Shown: positions 25,717-34,964 of the stretch, piece after piece | Position numbering within the stretch: the first letter of the stretch is position 1 | How the letters are laid out: each line of letters begins with the position of its first letter | Virus record (IMG/VR): IMGVR_UViG_2915212873_000001 | Span: 4,973-68,972 of that record | Strand: one strand, 5' to 3' | Source: a virus | DNA length: 64,000 nucleotides | The notes under the pieces: generated by a model | Database searches by the model: none | The model's input: the letters and a program-made list of their open reading frames with translations, nothing else | Told to the model about the DNA's origin: nothing | Made by a program: the position numbers and the translations under genes

Positions 25717-28362
25717 ATGAGCGCATTTAGCCCCGAAGAACAGAAACTGCTGGTACAGGCTGAATATGGCCAGTTCCTGCGCGAGAAGATCAAGTTGGCG
25801 CCGAAGAAGGGTTTCGACGTTCCACTGGAACAAATTAACCCACACCTGAAACCGCACACGCGCGACATCGTCCGGTGGGCGCTCGCCGGCGGCCAGCGCG
25901 CTATCTTCGCCAGCTTCGGATTACACAAAACCGCCACCAATCTGGAGGTGATGCGCCAGATCGGCATCCATCGACCTGGTGTGCGGCGTTTGATCATCAT
26001 GCCACTGGGTGTGCGCCAAGAGTTTGCGCGCGAGGTGCGCCAGCGCTTCACTGGCGACCTGACGGTCGAGCTGAAGTTCATCAAGTCGAGCGCCGAGGTC
26101 GACCGTGATGACGTGATTTACGTGACGAACTACGAGCCGGTGCGCGATGGCAAGATCGATCCGACACTTTTTGATGCGGTCGCCCTTGACGAAGCTGCAA
26201 TCCTGCGCAGCTACGGCAGCAAGACGTTTCAAGAGTTCCTGCCGATGTTCGCGCACGCGCAATTTCTCTTCGTCTACACGGCCACGCCGAGCCCGAACCG
26301 CCTGAAGGAGCTGATCCACTACGCCGGGTTCCTGGGCGTGATGGACACCGGCCAGGCGCTGACTCGTTTCTTCCAGCGCGACAGCGAGAAGGCCGGCAAC
26401 CTGACGCTGTATCCGCATAAGGTGCATGAATTCTGGTTGTGGGTGGCCAGCTGGGCGCTGTACCTTCAGAAGCCGAGCGACCTTGGGCACTCGGATGACG
26501 GCTACGTTCTGCCGCCGCTGGACCTGCAGGTGCACGAGCTGGCCAGCAACTACGACGCCGCCGGCAACGAGAAAAGCGGGCAGGGGTTGTTGATCCCGAA
26601 CGTGGCCATGAGCCTGTCGGCCGCCGCCGGCGAGAAGCGCGAGAGCCTGGACGACCGCGTCGCCAAGGTGGTCGACCTGCTGGCGCAGCGTCCGGCCGGC
26701 GCGCAGGCGATTGTGTGGTGTGACCTGAACGACGAGCAGCGCGCGCTGGAACGCGCTTTTGCCGCGGCAAATTGGAAAGTGTCGTCGCTGGACGGCAGCC
26801 AGGACCAGGACGTGCGCGAGCAACTGATGGACGACTGGCGCGAGCGCCGCACCGACATCTTCCTGTCGAAGCCGGTGATGTACGGCGCCGGCCCGAACCT
26901 GCAGCAGTGCCAGATGATGATTTTCGCCGGCATCGGCTTCAAATTTGCGGACTTCATCCAGGCCGTTCATCGGATATTTAGGTTTGGCCAGACCGGCACC
27001 TGCAGCGTGCACCTAATCCACACCGAAGTGGAGCGCGCGGTGCTGGCCACGCTGATGGAGAAGTGGCGCCTACACGATGACGCGGTGGCGCGCATGGGCG
27101 AGATTATCCGGGAATACGGGCTGGACCAGCTGCAGATGCAGGACTCGCTGGCGCGGACCATCGGCGTGCTGCGCCAGGTGGCCGTGGGCGAGCACTTCAG
27201 CGTGGCGAACAACGATTGCGTGCTGGAGGCGCTGGAGCAGCCGGATAACTCGGTGGGCATGATCCTGACGTCGATTCCTTTCGGCAACCAGTACGAATAT
27301 TCAGCGAGCTACAACGACTTTGGCCACAGCCAGGACAATGACCACTTCTGGCGCCAGATGGACTTCCTGACGCCGCAGCTGCTGCGCATCCTTCAGCCCG
27401 GCCGGATCTACGCCTGCCACGTTAAGGACCGCATCCTGTTCGGCAACGTCACCGGCGCCGGCGTGCCGACCGTCAGCCCGTTCCACGCGGAAGCGATCTT
27501 CCACGCGCGCCGCCACGGCTTCGACTACATGGGCATGATCACGGTGGTGACCGACGTGGTGCGCGAGAACAATCAGACCTACCGCCTGGGCTACTCCGAG
27601 GTGTGCAAGGACGGCACGAAGATGGGCGTCGGCATGCCGGAATACGTCCTGCTGTTCCACAAGCCGCAGTCGGACCGCTCACGCGGCTACGCCGACGTGC
27701 CGGTGACCAAGGTCAAGCCGCTGTGCACGGATGCCACCACCGGCGCCGCCGTACCGTTCGACCGCAAGTTGGCGCCGATCCCAGGCACTGGCTACAGCGT
27801 GGCGCGCTGGCAGGTCGACGCGCACGCCTTCTGGCGCGCCAGCGGCGACCGGCTGCTGGGCGCGGCCGAGCTGGCCGCCTATGGCCCGGGCAAGCTGGCC
27901 AAGCTGTTCACCGAGCTGTCGCTGGCCAACGTCTACGACTACGAGTTGCACGTCGCCACCGGCGAGCAGATGCTGGTCAACAAGACGCTACCGGCCACGT
28001 TCATGAGCCTGGCGCCGGGCAGCACCGACCCGATGGTCTGGCACGACATCGTGCGCATGCGCACCCTGAACGGTGAGCAGTCTGCCCGCGCCGTCGAGAA
28101 CCACGTTTGCCCATTCCAGATTGACATCGTTGACCGCCTGATCAACCGCTACACGAACCCGGGCGACGTGGTCTATGACCCGTTCCACGGCCTGGGCACA
28201 GTGGGCGTGCGCGCGGTGAAGCTCGGCCGCCGTGGCGCCGGATCGGAGCTCAACGCCGGCTACTTCCGCGACCAGGTGCACTACCTGCAGCTGGCCGAGC
28301 GTGAGGTGAGCATGCCTACGCTCTTCGATCTGGTGGCGCTGGACCAGGAGAATGAGAAGTGA
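25717..28362 (+). CDS. SNF2-like helicase fused to an N4/N6 DNA methyltransferase
   Basis: FGLHKT, DEAA, TATP, QAVHRIFRFGQ; then TSIPF and DPFHGLGT. Confidence 0.9.
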   Translation: MSAFSPEEQKLLVQAEYGQFLREKIKLAPKKGFDVPLEQINPHLKPHTRDIVRWALAGGQRAIFASFGLHKTATNLEVMRQIGIHRPGVRRLIIMPLGVRQEFAREVRQRFTGDLTVELKFIKSSAEVDRDDVIYVTNYEPVRDGKIDPTLFDAVALDEAAILRSYGSKTFQEFLPMFAHAQFLFVYTATPSPNRLKELIHYAGFLGVMDTGQALTRFFQRDSEKAGNLTLYPHKVHEFWLWVASWALYLQKPSDLGHSDDGYVLPPLDLQVHELASNYDAAGNEKSGQGLLIPNVAMSLSAAAGEKRESLDDRVAKVVDLLAQRPAGAQAIVWCDLNDEQRALERAFAAANWKVSSLDGSQDQDVREQLMDDWRERRTDIFLSKPVMYGAGPNLQQCQMMIFAGIGFKFADFIQAVHRIFRFGQTGTCSVHLIHTEVERAVLATLMEKWRLHDDAVARMGEIIREYGLDQLQMQDSLARTIGVLRQVAVGEHFSVANNDCVLEALEQPDNSVGMILTSIPFGNQYEYSASYNDFGHSQDNDHFWRQMDFLTPQLLRILQPGRIYACHVKDRILFGNVTGAGVPTVSPFHAEAIFHARRHGFDYMGMITVVTDVVRENNQTYRLGYSEVCKDGTKMGVGMPEYVLLFHKPQSDRSRGYADVPVTKVKPLCTDATTGAAVPFDRKLAPIPGTGYSVARWQVDAHAFWRASGDRLLGAAELAAYGPGKLAKLFTELSLANVYDYELHVATGEQMLVNKTLPATFMSLAPGSTDPMVWHDIVRMRTLNGEQSARAVENHVCPFQIDIVDRLINRYTNPGDVVYDPFHGLGTVGVRAVKLGRRGAGSELNAGYFRDQVHYLQLAEREVSMPTLFDLVALDQENEK

Positions 28363-29333
28363 ATTACTTCGAGCACCACATCGGCGATTACGCCGAGGCG
28401 ACAGCGCACCTGTCGTTCGTCGAGGATGCAGCATACAGCCGCTGCATCCGCAAGTACTACGCCAAGGAGAAGCCGCTGCCGGCCGACATGAAGGCAGTGC
28501 AGCGCCTGGTCGGAGCGCGCACCAAGGAGGAGAAGGATGCGGTGGAGACGGTGCTGGCCGAGTTCTTCGTGCTGGGCGAGGATGGCTGGCGCAATGCTCG
28601 CTGCGATGCTGATATTGCTGCGTTCTTGGCCGGCGAGCCGGAGCGCGAGGCGAAGAAGGCGAACGAAGAGACGCGCCTGAAGCGCCACCGCGAAGAGCGC
28701 GCGGCGCTGTTCCAGCAGCTGACGGCCGCCGGCCTTCACGCGGCCTGGAACACCACGATGAAGGAGCTGCGCAAGATGGTTGCCGGCCTACCTGCAACGG
28801 TTGCTGCAACGGCTGAGCCTGAAACGCCTGAAACGCAACCTGCAACGGCACCTGCAACGCCTGTTACGGCTACCCAGACACCAATACCCACTACCCATAC
28901 ACCAAGTATACATACTTCTTTGTCGGCGAATTCCGCCGACGAGCAGAAGGATGATCAGAAATGCAATGGTGCTGAGCAGGGCGAACCGGCTGCGCCGAAG
29001 TACACGCCCGAGGACGAGGCCTGCGCGCAATGGCTGTTCGACCGCATCAAAAAAACCAATCCCAACCACAAGCTTCCGAAGCTCGCGACCTGGGCGAACG
29101 ACGTACGCCTGATGCGCGAGAGCGACAAACGCACGCACCGCGAGATCTGCGAGCTGTTCGGCTGGGCGCAAGACGACAGCTTCTGGCGCGCCAACATCCT
29201 GTCGCCGTCGAAGCTGCGAAGCAAGTGGGACCAACTCAACATCAAACGCGGCACGCCGCAGAAAGGGCAACAGCATGGAAACTTTGGGGCGCAGGATTAC
29301 CGCAAGGGAGTTGGCGCAGATGGCTCGTTCTGA
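28359..29333 (+). CDS. Replication initiator (YdaU/DUF1376 family)
   Basis: MNYFEHHIGDY...YY..EKPLP; C-terminal DSFWRANILSPSKLRSKWDQL. Confidence 0.88.
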   Translation: MNYFEHHIGDYAEATAHLSFVEDAAYSRCIRKYYAKEKPLPADMKAVQRLVGARTKEEKDAVETVLAEFFVLGEDGWRNARCDADIAAFLAGEPEREAKKANEETRLKRHREERAALFQQLTAAGLHAAWNTTMKELRKMVAGLPATVAATAEPETPETQPATAPATPVTATQTPIPTTHTPSIHTSLSANSADEQKDDQKCNGAEQGEPAAPKYTPEDEACAQWLFDRIKKTNPNHKLPKLATWANDVRLMRESDKRTHREICELFGWAQDDSFWRANILSPSKLRSKWDQLNIKRGTPQKGQQHGNFGAQDYRKGVGADGSF

Positions 29334-30096
29334 AGGCCGGCCGCGCTACTTCAGCGCGATCCTGGAGACTTGCCCGGAGCATGGCGAGTTCACATCGATG
29401 CTGGTGGCCGACCGCTGGTCCGATTGCATCGCGTGCGCCAATAAGGTCGAGATGAACGCGCTGGCGAGCCAAAACGACGCCTGGCGGCGCGAACTCGGTG
29501 CGCGGGCATGGGAGGCTCGTCTGGGCCGCGCGGCGATCCCAGAGCGCTTCTCAGACCGTCGGCTGTCGACGTACAAGCCGACCTGCCCGGAGGCCGAGCG
29601 CGCGCTGCAGGTGGCGCAGCGGTACGCCGACAACTTCGGCGCAGTGCGCAAGGCCGGCATGTGCCTGATTTTTTGCGGTGACATCGGTACCGGCAAAACC
29701 CACCTGTCGGTCGGTATCGCGCATGTGGTGCTGGAGCAGGGCGGCCAGGCGGTGTTTGCCTCGGTGCGCGGGGTGATTGCCTCGGTCAAGGAGACTTGGG
29801 AGCGCGGCGCGGCGAAGACAGAGGCCCAGGTTATACGCGAACTGGTTTCGCCGGACCTGCTGATCCTCGACGAGGTGGGCGTCCAGTTCGGCAGCGACAC
29901 CGAAAAGCTGATCATGTTCGACATTATCAACGGCCGCTACGAGAGGCGGCTGCCGACGATCATCATCAGCAACTTGGCGCTCGGCGAGCTGGAGAAGTTC
30001 CTCGGCGCGCGCGCGGTCGACCGGCTGCGCGAGGGCGGCGGCAAGGTGGTGGTGTTCGACTGGGAATCGTATCGTGGACGAAGGGATGCAGCATGA
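29275..30096 (+). CDS. DnaC/IstB-like helicase loader ATPase
   Basis: GDIGTGKTHL, DLLILDEVG, INGRYE...TIIISN. Confidence 0.92.
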   Translation: METLGRRITARELAQMARSEGRPRYFSAILETCPEHGEFTSMLVADRWSDCIACANKVEMNALASQNDAWRRELGARAWEARLGRAAIPERFSDRRLSTYKPTCPEAERALQVAQRYADNFGAVRKAGMCLIFCGDIGTGKTHLSVGIAHVVLEQGGQAVFASVRGVIASVKETWERGAAKTEAQVIRELVSPDLLILDEVGVQFGSDTEKLIMFDIINGRYERRLPTIIISNLALGELEKFLGARAVDRLREGGGKVVVFDWESYRGRRDAA

Positions 30097-30518
30097 GCAA
30101 GACGAAAAAACCACGCAAGCGCTACACGCCCAAGCCGGCCGTGCTGCCGTTCGGCATGCGCCGCCAGGTGCAGATGGAGATGCCCGGCTACCAGGCAATG
30201 ATCGCGCTGGGCATGGACCACCTGCAAGAGCAGCACGTCTACGACCTGCTGTCGGCGGCGGACATGGTCAAGCGGACCGCGCCGGCCGGCCACGCCATCC
30301 TCGCGGTGGCGCAGAACATGGTGCTGGCGTGCGCCGATATCCAGCACCGCGCTCAGCGCATCGGCAAGATCGGCGCCAGCGGCGACGAGATGCGCGCGCT
30401 CAAGGCCGGGCTGCCGCAGGTGATGGACTTCCTGCGCACGGTGTCGAATGCGGACATATCGCGGGCCGCTGCCGCGGCTGTTCGCGAGTTCGACCGCAAT
30501 GGGGTGTTGCGGGTATGA
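30093..30518 (+). CDS. Hypothetical phage protein
   Basis: Coupled ORF. Confidence 0.65.
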   Translation: MSKTKKPRKRYTPKPAVLPFGMRRQVQMEMPGYQAMIALGMDHLQEQHVYDLLSAADMVKRTAPAGHAILAVAQNMVLACADIQHRAQRIGKIGASGDEMRALKAGLPQVMDFLRTVSNADISRAAAAAVREFDRNGVLRV

Positions 30519-30934
30519 GCGAGGAGGGATTTAAGTGTTGTAGTCGCTGCGAAATTGAAAAATCGCGGTCAAGTTATTCTCGTTGCACCTCAGCTGCGGA
30601 TGGTTTGAAGTCCGAATGTAAAGCGTGTGCGAGTGAGAGGACACGGCAGTGGCGGCTGAACCATCCCGGCTATCAGGATCGCTACTATCGCGAGAATAAG
30701 GCTCGGTTAAATGTGACGAAGAAGGTCGGAGAACTATCGCCGACGCAACTTGAAAAGCAGCGCGCCAAGGGGCGACAGGAGTACCGGAGTAGGCGTGACA
30801 GAGTCAGTAATTCGTACATCGCGAGTAGTTGGGGCGTGAGGGTGGCGGATGTTCCGCCCGAAATTTTCGAGCTGCAGCGAGTCATCGTAAAAATTCGTAG
30901 GCAAGTTAAATCACTAAAGAAAGGAGGATCATAA
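30515..30934 (+). CDS. Hypothetical zinc-binding basic protein
   Basis: CSRC...C...CKAC; lower GC. Confidence 0.6.
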   Translation: MSEEGFKCCSRCEIEKSRSSYSRCTSAADGLKSECKACASERTRQWRLNHPGYQDRYYRENKARLNVTKKVGELSPTQLEKQRAKGRQEYRSRRDRVSNSYIASSWGVRVADVPPEIFELQRVIVKIRRQVKSLKKGGS

Positions 30935-30935
30935 A

Positions 30936-31166
30936 ATGACAACCATTACGGATATCCGCAATGACCTCATCAAAGTTTTTAACGGACTGAAGGATGGGAC
31001 GATGGAAGCGAAGGAGGCGGTCGAAATTAACAACACCGCAGGCAAGATAATCTCATCGGCCAAGGTGCAACTGGCGTATGCCGCGCTGCGCGGGGAGCGG
31101 CCGGAGATCGATTTTCTGAAGTCGAGCACCACGCCGGCGCTGCCCGGCGCCGGCACATCCGACTAA
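30936..31166 (+). CDS. Hypothetical phage protein
   Basis: AGGAGG RBS. Confidence 0.65.
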   Translation: MTTITDIRNDLIKVFNGLKDGTMEAKEAVEINNTAGKIISSAKVQLAYAALRGERPEIDFLKSSTTPALPGAGTSD

Positions 31167-31237
31167 GTTAGTCAGCAGCCCTTTGCAAGCGCGAAGGGCT
31201 GTGTTAACGTCCAGCCACACACCAAGGAGCGCACCAC

Positions 31238-31792
31238 ATGGGCTTTGCTGACCGATACCTTCACTCCGTTAATTCGAGCAATCTGCTGGACGATGAGCAC
31301 CATCATGCGACCGATGCGCTGTGCGCGGCGGCGGTGGCGGACACGGCCGGCGCTGGCTTCGGTGCGCTGCTGTCGCGCGTGAAGTACGCCGACGGCACGC
31401 AGCACAAGATGTTCGAATCGGGCAGCGCCAACCTGGCCGGCCTGCTTCGCATCTGGACTGCGCGCGTGATCGAAAAGGGCCGTGAACGGAAGTGGGTGAA
31501 GATCGGCAATGCCTGGGATGGCCAGGCGGCCGAGGCGCTGTATCGCCGCGTCGCGGAGCGTTCGCTTGCGCACTGGTTGGATGGAAAATGTCCAACGTGC
31601 GCCGGCACCGGCAACAAGGATCGCCGCATCTGCACTCCCTGCAAAGGAACCGGGCGCGGCGAAGTCGGCGGCCAAGGCTTTGAGCGTGAGCGCGTGTTGG
31701 ACATGGTGTCGGAGCTGGAGGGATTGCTCCAAGCGCACAACGCGCGCGCTGCCGGTATGCTGCGTGGCGCGTGGCATACACATTTGAGTTGA
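31238..31792 (+). CDS. Q-like late antiterminator with CxxCxGxG zinc finger
   Basis: Last early gene before the promoter/terminator pair; CPTCAGTG..CTPCKGTG. Confidence 0.75.
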   Translation: MGFADRYLHSVNSSNLLDDEHHHATDALCAAAVADTAGAGFGALLSRVKYADGTQHKMFESGSANLAGLLRIWTARVIEKGRERKWVKIGNAWDGQAAEALYRRVAERSLAHWLDGKCPTCAGTGNKDRRICTPCKGTGRGEVGGQGFERERVLDMVSELEGLLQAHNARAAGMLRGAWHTHLS

Positions 31793-31818
31793 CAGGCGCT
31801 CGAAGAGTACGTTAACGT
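31789..31818 (+). promoter_or_regulatory. Candidate late promoter pR'
   Basis: TTGACA-18-TAACGT at the end of Q. Confidence 0.55.
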
Positions 31819-31964
31819 CGGGCCCTACACACTCACTGCGTGTCGTAATGCAGGCTTCGAGCCTCACCGCTAGCAGTGATTCGAGGATAGCACCAAAATC
31901 GTTTGATGCTTTCGCTCGCGTGTACAAACCGCTCACTTCGCAGATAGCGCTGGAGCAAAAACCG

Positions 31965-31992
31965 AACCGCCCTCGTGGCGGTTTTTCTTTTT
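31965..31992 (+). terminator. Candidate tR' terminator
   Basis: AACCGCC-CTCGT-GGCGGTT plus T-run, about 150 nt after pR'. Confidence 0.75.
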
Positions 31993-32199
31993 CCGCGCCT
32001 GATTCGCGAGGCTGCCATGCAAACCACACTCACCGTCGCCGAGGTTCACGCCAGGATTCGCTGGGTGCGCATATGCATGGCGTTGCTCGCGTTACAGGAT
32101 GGCATGGCGGCGGCGCGCGACGCTGCTGCGACGCTGCTGCGACGTTGCCGCGCAAGCCAGCTCGCTGGTAACCCAGCACCAACGATCAAAGGATTTCAC

Positions 32200-32526
32200 A
32201 TGATCACTCCGACCGTAGGCCGCAAGGTCTGGTACCGTCCGAGCCGCTCCGATCTGACTGGCCCGCTGCCGATGGCGATGCAGGGCAATCCCGACTACAA
32301 CCCGCAGCCGCTGGATGCAACGGTGCTGGCGGTGCACGGCGACCGCCTGGTCAACGTGCTGGTGCTGGATGTGTACGGCAAGCCGTTCACCAAGACCTCC
32401 GTCACCCTGATCCAGGAGGGTGATGCAACGCCGAAGACGGTCGATGGCGCCGAAGCATATGGCTACGTCGAATGGATGCCGTACCAGGCGGCGCAGGCGA
32501 AGAAGCACGCCACCACCGCCGAGTAA
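32200..32526 (+). CDS. Conserved hypothetical phage protein
   Basis: MITPTVGRKVWYRP...EWMPYQ; AAGGA RBS. Confidence 0.75.
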   Translation: MITPTVGRKVWYRPSRSDLTGPLPMAMQGNPDYNPQPLDATVLAVHGDRLVNVLVLDVYGKPFTKTSVTLIQEGDATPKTVDGAEAYGYVEWMPYQAAQAKKHATTAE

Positions 32527-32719
32527 CCAAGCAGCACGAGGATCGCCAGGCCCATGTGGGCTGAACGGCGAAAACTGGCGGTCCTCACCACCCCTTGCAA
32601 GAGGGGCCACACACCAGCGACGGCACCGCGCCGCCACGCTGCTGTGTGGTTGCAGCACCTGCGGTAATCCCGAGGCCACGGCAGAGGATGAGAACGCAGG
32701 GCTGTGAAACGCTATACAC

Positions 32720-32793
32720 GCGGGCGTAGCTCAATGGCAGAGCTGCCGCCTTCCAAGCAGATGACGAGGGTTCGATTCCCTTCGCCCGCTCCA
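32720..32793 (+). tRNA. tRNA-Gly(TCC) with two anticodon-stem mismatches
   Basis: GCGGGCG/CGCCCGC acceptor stem, GCTC/GAGC D stem, GGTTCGATTCC T arm, encoded CCA, anticodon at 32752-32754. Confidence 0.88.
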
Positions 32794-32878
32794 GCTTCTC
32801 CCGATCGTCGCCAGATGATCCTTCGCCGCCGCGCGCATGGTGCGCCGCCGGCTTTTTATTCGCACATCGCGGCAGCAG

Positions 32879-33241
32879 TTATGCGCCACAACGCTCCAGC
32901 GCAGCAAGGATCACATCAAGGTGGGCCGGCTTGAGCAGATAGGCATCGAAGTTTGCTTCCGCAGCGAGTGGGTGCGCGGGGTCGAATGGCATTCCCGAAA
33001 GCGCCACGATGCTGACGCGGCGGCGAAAGGCGAGAAGTCGCCTAATTCGACTGGCGAGGGCGTAGCCGTCGAGGTCCGGTAGCAAGATGTCCAGAACAAT
33101 TCCGTCGTATTCGTGCTTGGTTACCAGATTGAGCGCGTCATAGGCGGTTCTTGCGAGATGCACTTCGTGGCCGAGCAGTCCGAAGAACTCTTTGTACAGC
33201 TCAACGGCATCCGCATCATCGTCTATCAAGAGGATGAGCAT
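32879..33241 (-). CDS. Stand-alone CheY-like response regulator receiver
   Basis: ILLIDDD, IVLDILLPDLDG, ALSG, YLLKP conserved positions. Confidence 0.92.
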   Translation of the reverse strand: MLILLIDDDADAVELYKEFFGLLGHEVHLARTAYDALNLVTKHEYDGIVLDILLPDLDGYALASRIRRLLAFRRRVSIVALSGMPFDPAHPLAAEANFDAYLLKPAHLDVILAALERCGA

Positions 33242-33579
33242 GTGGTTCCTTTTAGGTAAGAAGTGAAATATTAACATCCCGCCAGCTTTTTAATAGTGGG
33301 TTCGAGGTGCTCAAATGTCACTGCTCGCCATCATGATGATCCTGTACGGCGTCGACCAGATGTCGCCGGTGCCATCCGCGCCGCGCAAACCGAACACGGC
33401 CTGCAACTGGCCATACTCCTGACGCGTGCTGACCGTCCAAAGCGCACAGCGGGCGGGCTACGAAAAGCGGCGCAGATCACCGACGAAGACGAGGCCAAGA
33501 GGTGTTTCCGGCTGCTGGGCAATGTAGTACGCCCAGTAGTCCCTGCTTGGCGCGGGCGGTGACACCTTGAAAGAGCAAC

Positions 33580-33825
33580 ATGAACAAGATCCAGCACCCA
33601 TCGAACAATGCCGTGCTCGGCGCGCCGGAGGGCTGGAACCAGGCCGAACTGCCGTGCGAGGCACTGGCCATTACGCGCAGCGAGTACGCCGGCATGCCGG
33701 TGGTGAAGTCCTACTGGCGCCCGAGCGCCGAAGAGCTGGCCATCCTGAACGCTGGCGGCAGCGTCGAGCTGGCGGTGCTGGGCCACACGATGCCGCCGGT
33801 GATGGTGTCGGTCGACCCGCTGTAG
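33580..33825 (+). CDS. Hypothetical phage protein
   Basis: 81-aa ORF, YWRPSAEELAILNAGG. Confidence 0.65.
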   Translation: MNKIQHPSNNAVLGAPEGWNQAELPCEALAITRSEYAGMPVVKSYWRPSAEELAILNAGGSVELAVLGHTMPPVMVSVDPL

Positions 33826-33827
33826 CC

Positions 33828-34472
33828 ATGGCGAAGAAGCCCGCCGCACCAGGCGCCGGCCGCCCGATGCCGCCGGCCATCTACGCCGACCCTCTGAATT
33901 CCCGCTACACCCCAGCGCCCGAGGTGCTGAAGTGGGCGAGGGCGGAGATCCTGACCGGCGGCGGCCAACTGTTCAACGAAGACCACGCTCACCTGGAATA
34001 CTGCGACGTTCAGTTCCTATGGGCGCCCGGCAGCTTCCAGAAGCAGGGCCGCACGGTCATCGGCCAGTGCGAAGAGATGCTGTTTCGCTGCGGGCCGTGG
34101 CAAAAAGGCCGCCAGCAACAGCAGATGGCCGACTGGTTCGGCGCGGTGCCGGATTACCTGATCACGCTGGACGCCAGCTACTGCCTGACCTGCACCGATG
34201 CCGAGTTCTGCGCGCTGGTCGAGCACGAGCTTTACCACATCGGGCAGGAGATGGACGCATTCGGCAGCCCGGCTTTCGACAAGTACGGCATGCCGAAGCT
34301 GACGATCCGAGGTCACGATATCGAAGAGTTCGTCGGCGTGGTCCGGCGCTACGGCATCGGCCACCCCGACGGCGCTCTGGCTCAACTGGTCGCAGCTGCA
34401 AACGCCACCCCGGAGGTGGCAAAGATCAATATAGCGAGGGCTTGCGGCACCTGCTTGCTGAAGGCTGCGTAA
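33828..34472 (+). CDS. Putative phage metallopeptidase
   Basis: LVEHELYHI (HExxH) and HDIEEF. Confidence 0.85.
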   Translation: MAKKPAAPGAGRPMPPAIYADPLNSRYTPAPEVLKWARAEILTGGGQLFNEDHAHLEYCDVQFLWAPGSFQKQGRTVIGQCEEMLFRCGPWQKGRQQQQMADWFGAVPDYLITLDASYCLTCTDAEFCALVEHELYHIGQEMDAFGSPAFDKYGMPKLTIRGHDIEEFVGVVRRYGIGHPDGALAQLVAAANATPEVAKINIARACGTCLLKAA

Positions 34473-34502
34473 GCTTTACGCACGCTTTACCGGAAGGCAA
34501 CT

Positions 34503-34964
34503 ATGGCCGCACTCAAAGACGAGGTGAAGCAGTTCATCGTCCAAGCGCTGGCCTGTTACGACACGCCGACGCAGGTGGCGAAGGCAGTAAAAGAGGAATT
34601 CGGGCTAGATGTGCTCCGCCAGCAGGTGGCTTGCTACGACCCAAACTGCTACGTCGGCCGCAATCTCAGCGAGAAGTGGCGCACTGTGTTCAACGACACT
34701 CGCGCCAAGTTCCGCGACGAGGTTGCGGAGATTCCGATTGCCAGCCGTGCATTCCGCCTCCGCGCATTGGGCCGGATGGCGCAGCAGGCTGAGGGCATGC
34801 GCAACATCGCGCTGGCCGTCCAGGTGATCGAACAGGCTGCCAAGGAGGTTGGCGACATCTACGTCAACAAGAACAAGGCTGAGCAGAACGATCAGCCGCC
34901 CACGCCGGTGCAAATCACGATCGGCGTGAAGGACGCGGCGAAGCACGATGACACCGAATCTTGA
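34503..34964 (+). CDS. terS: Terminase small subunit (DUF2280-like)
   Basis: MAALKDEVKQFIVQALACYDTP; directly upstream of terL. Confidence 0.8.
   Translation: MAALKDEVKQFIVQALACYDTPTQVAKAVKEEFGLDVLRQQVACYDPNCYVGRNLSEKWRTVFNDTRAKFRDEVAEIPIASRAFRLRALGRMAQQAEGMRNIALAVQVIEQAAKEVGDIYVNKNKAEQNDQPPTPVQITIGVKDAAKHDDTES

Noticed and set aside
32560-32575. CTGAACGGCGAAA resembling a hammerhead ribozyme core
   Set aside because: It does not match CUGANGA, and there is no stem II between the core segments.
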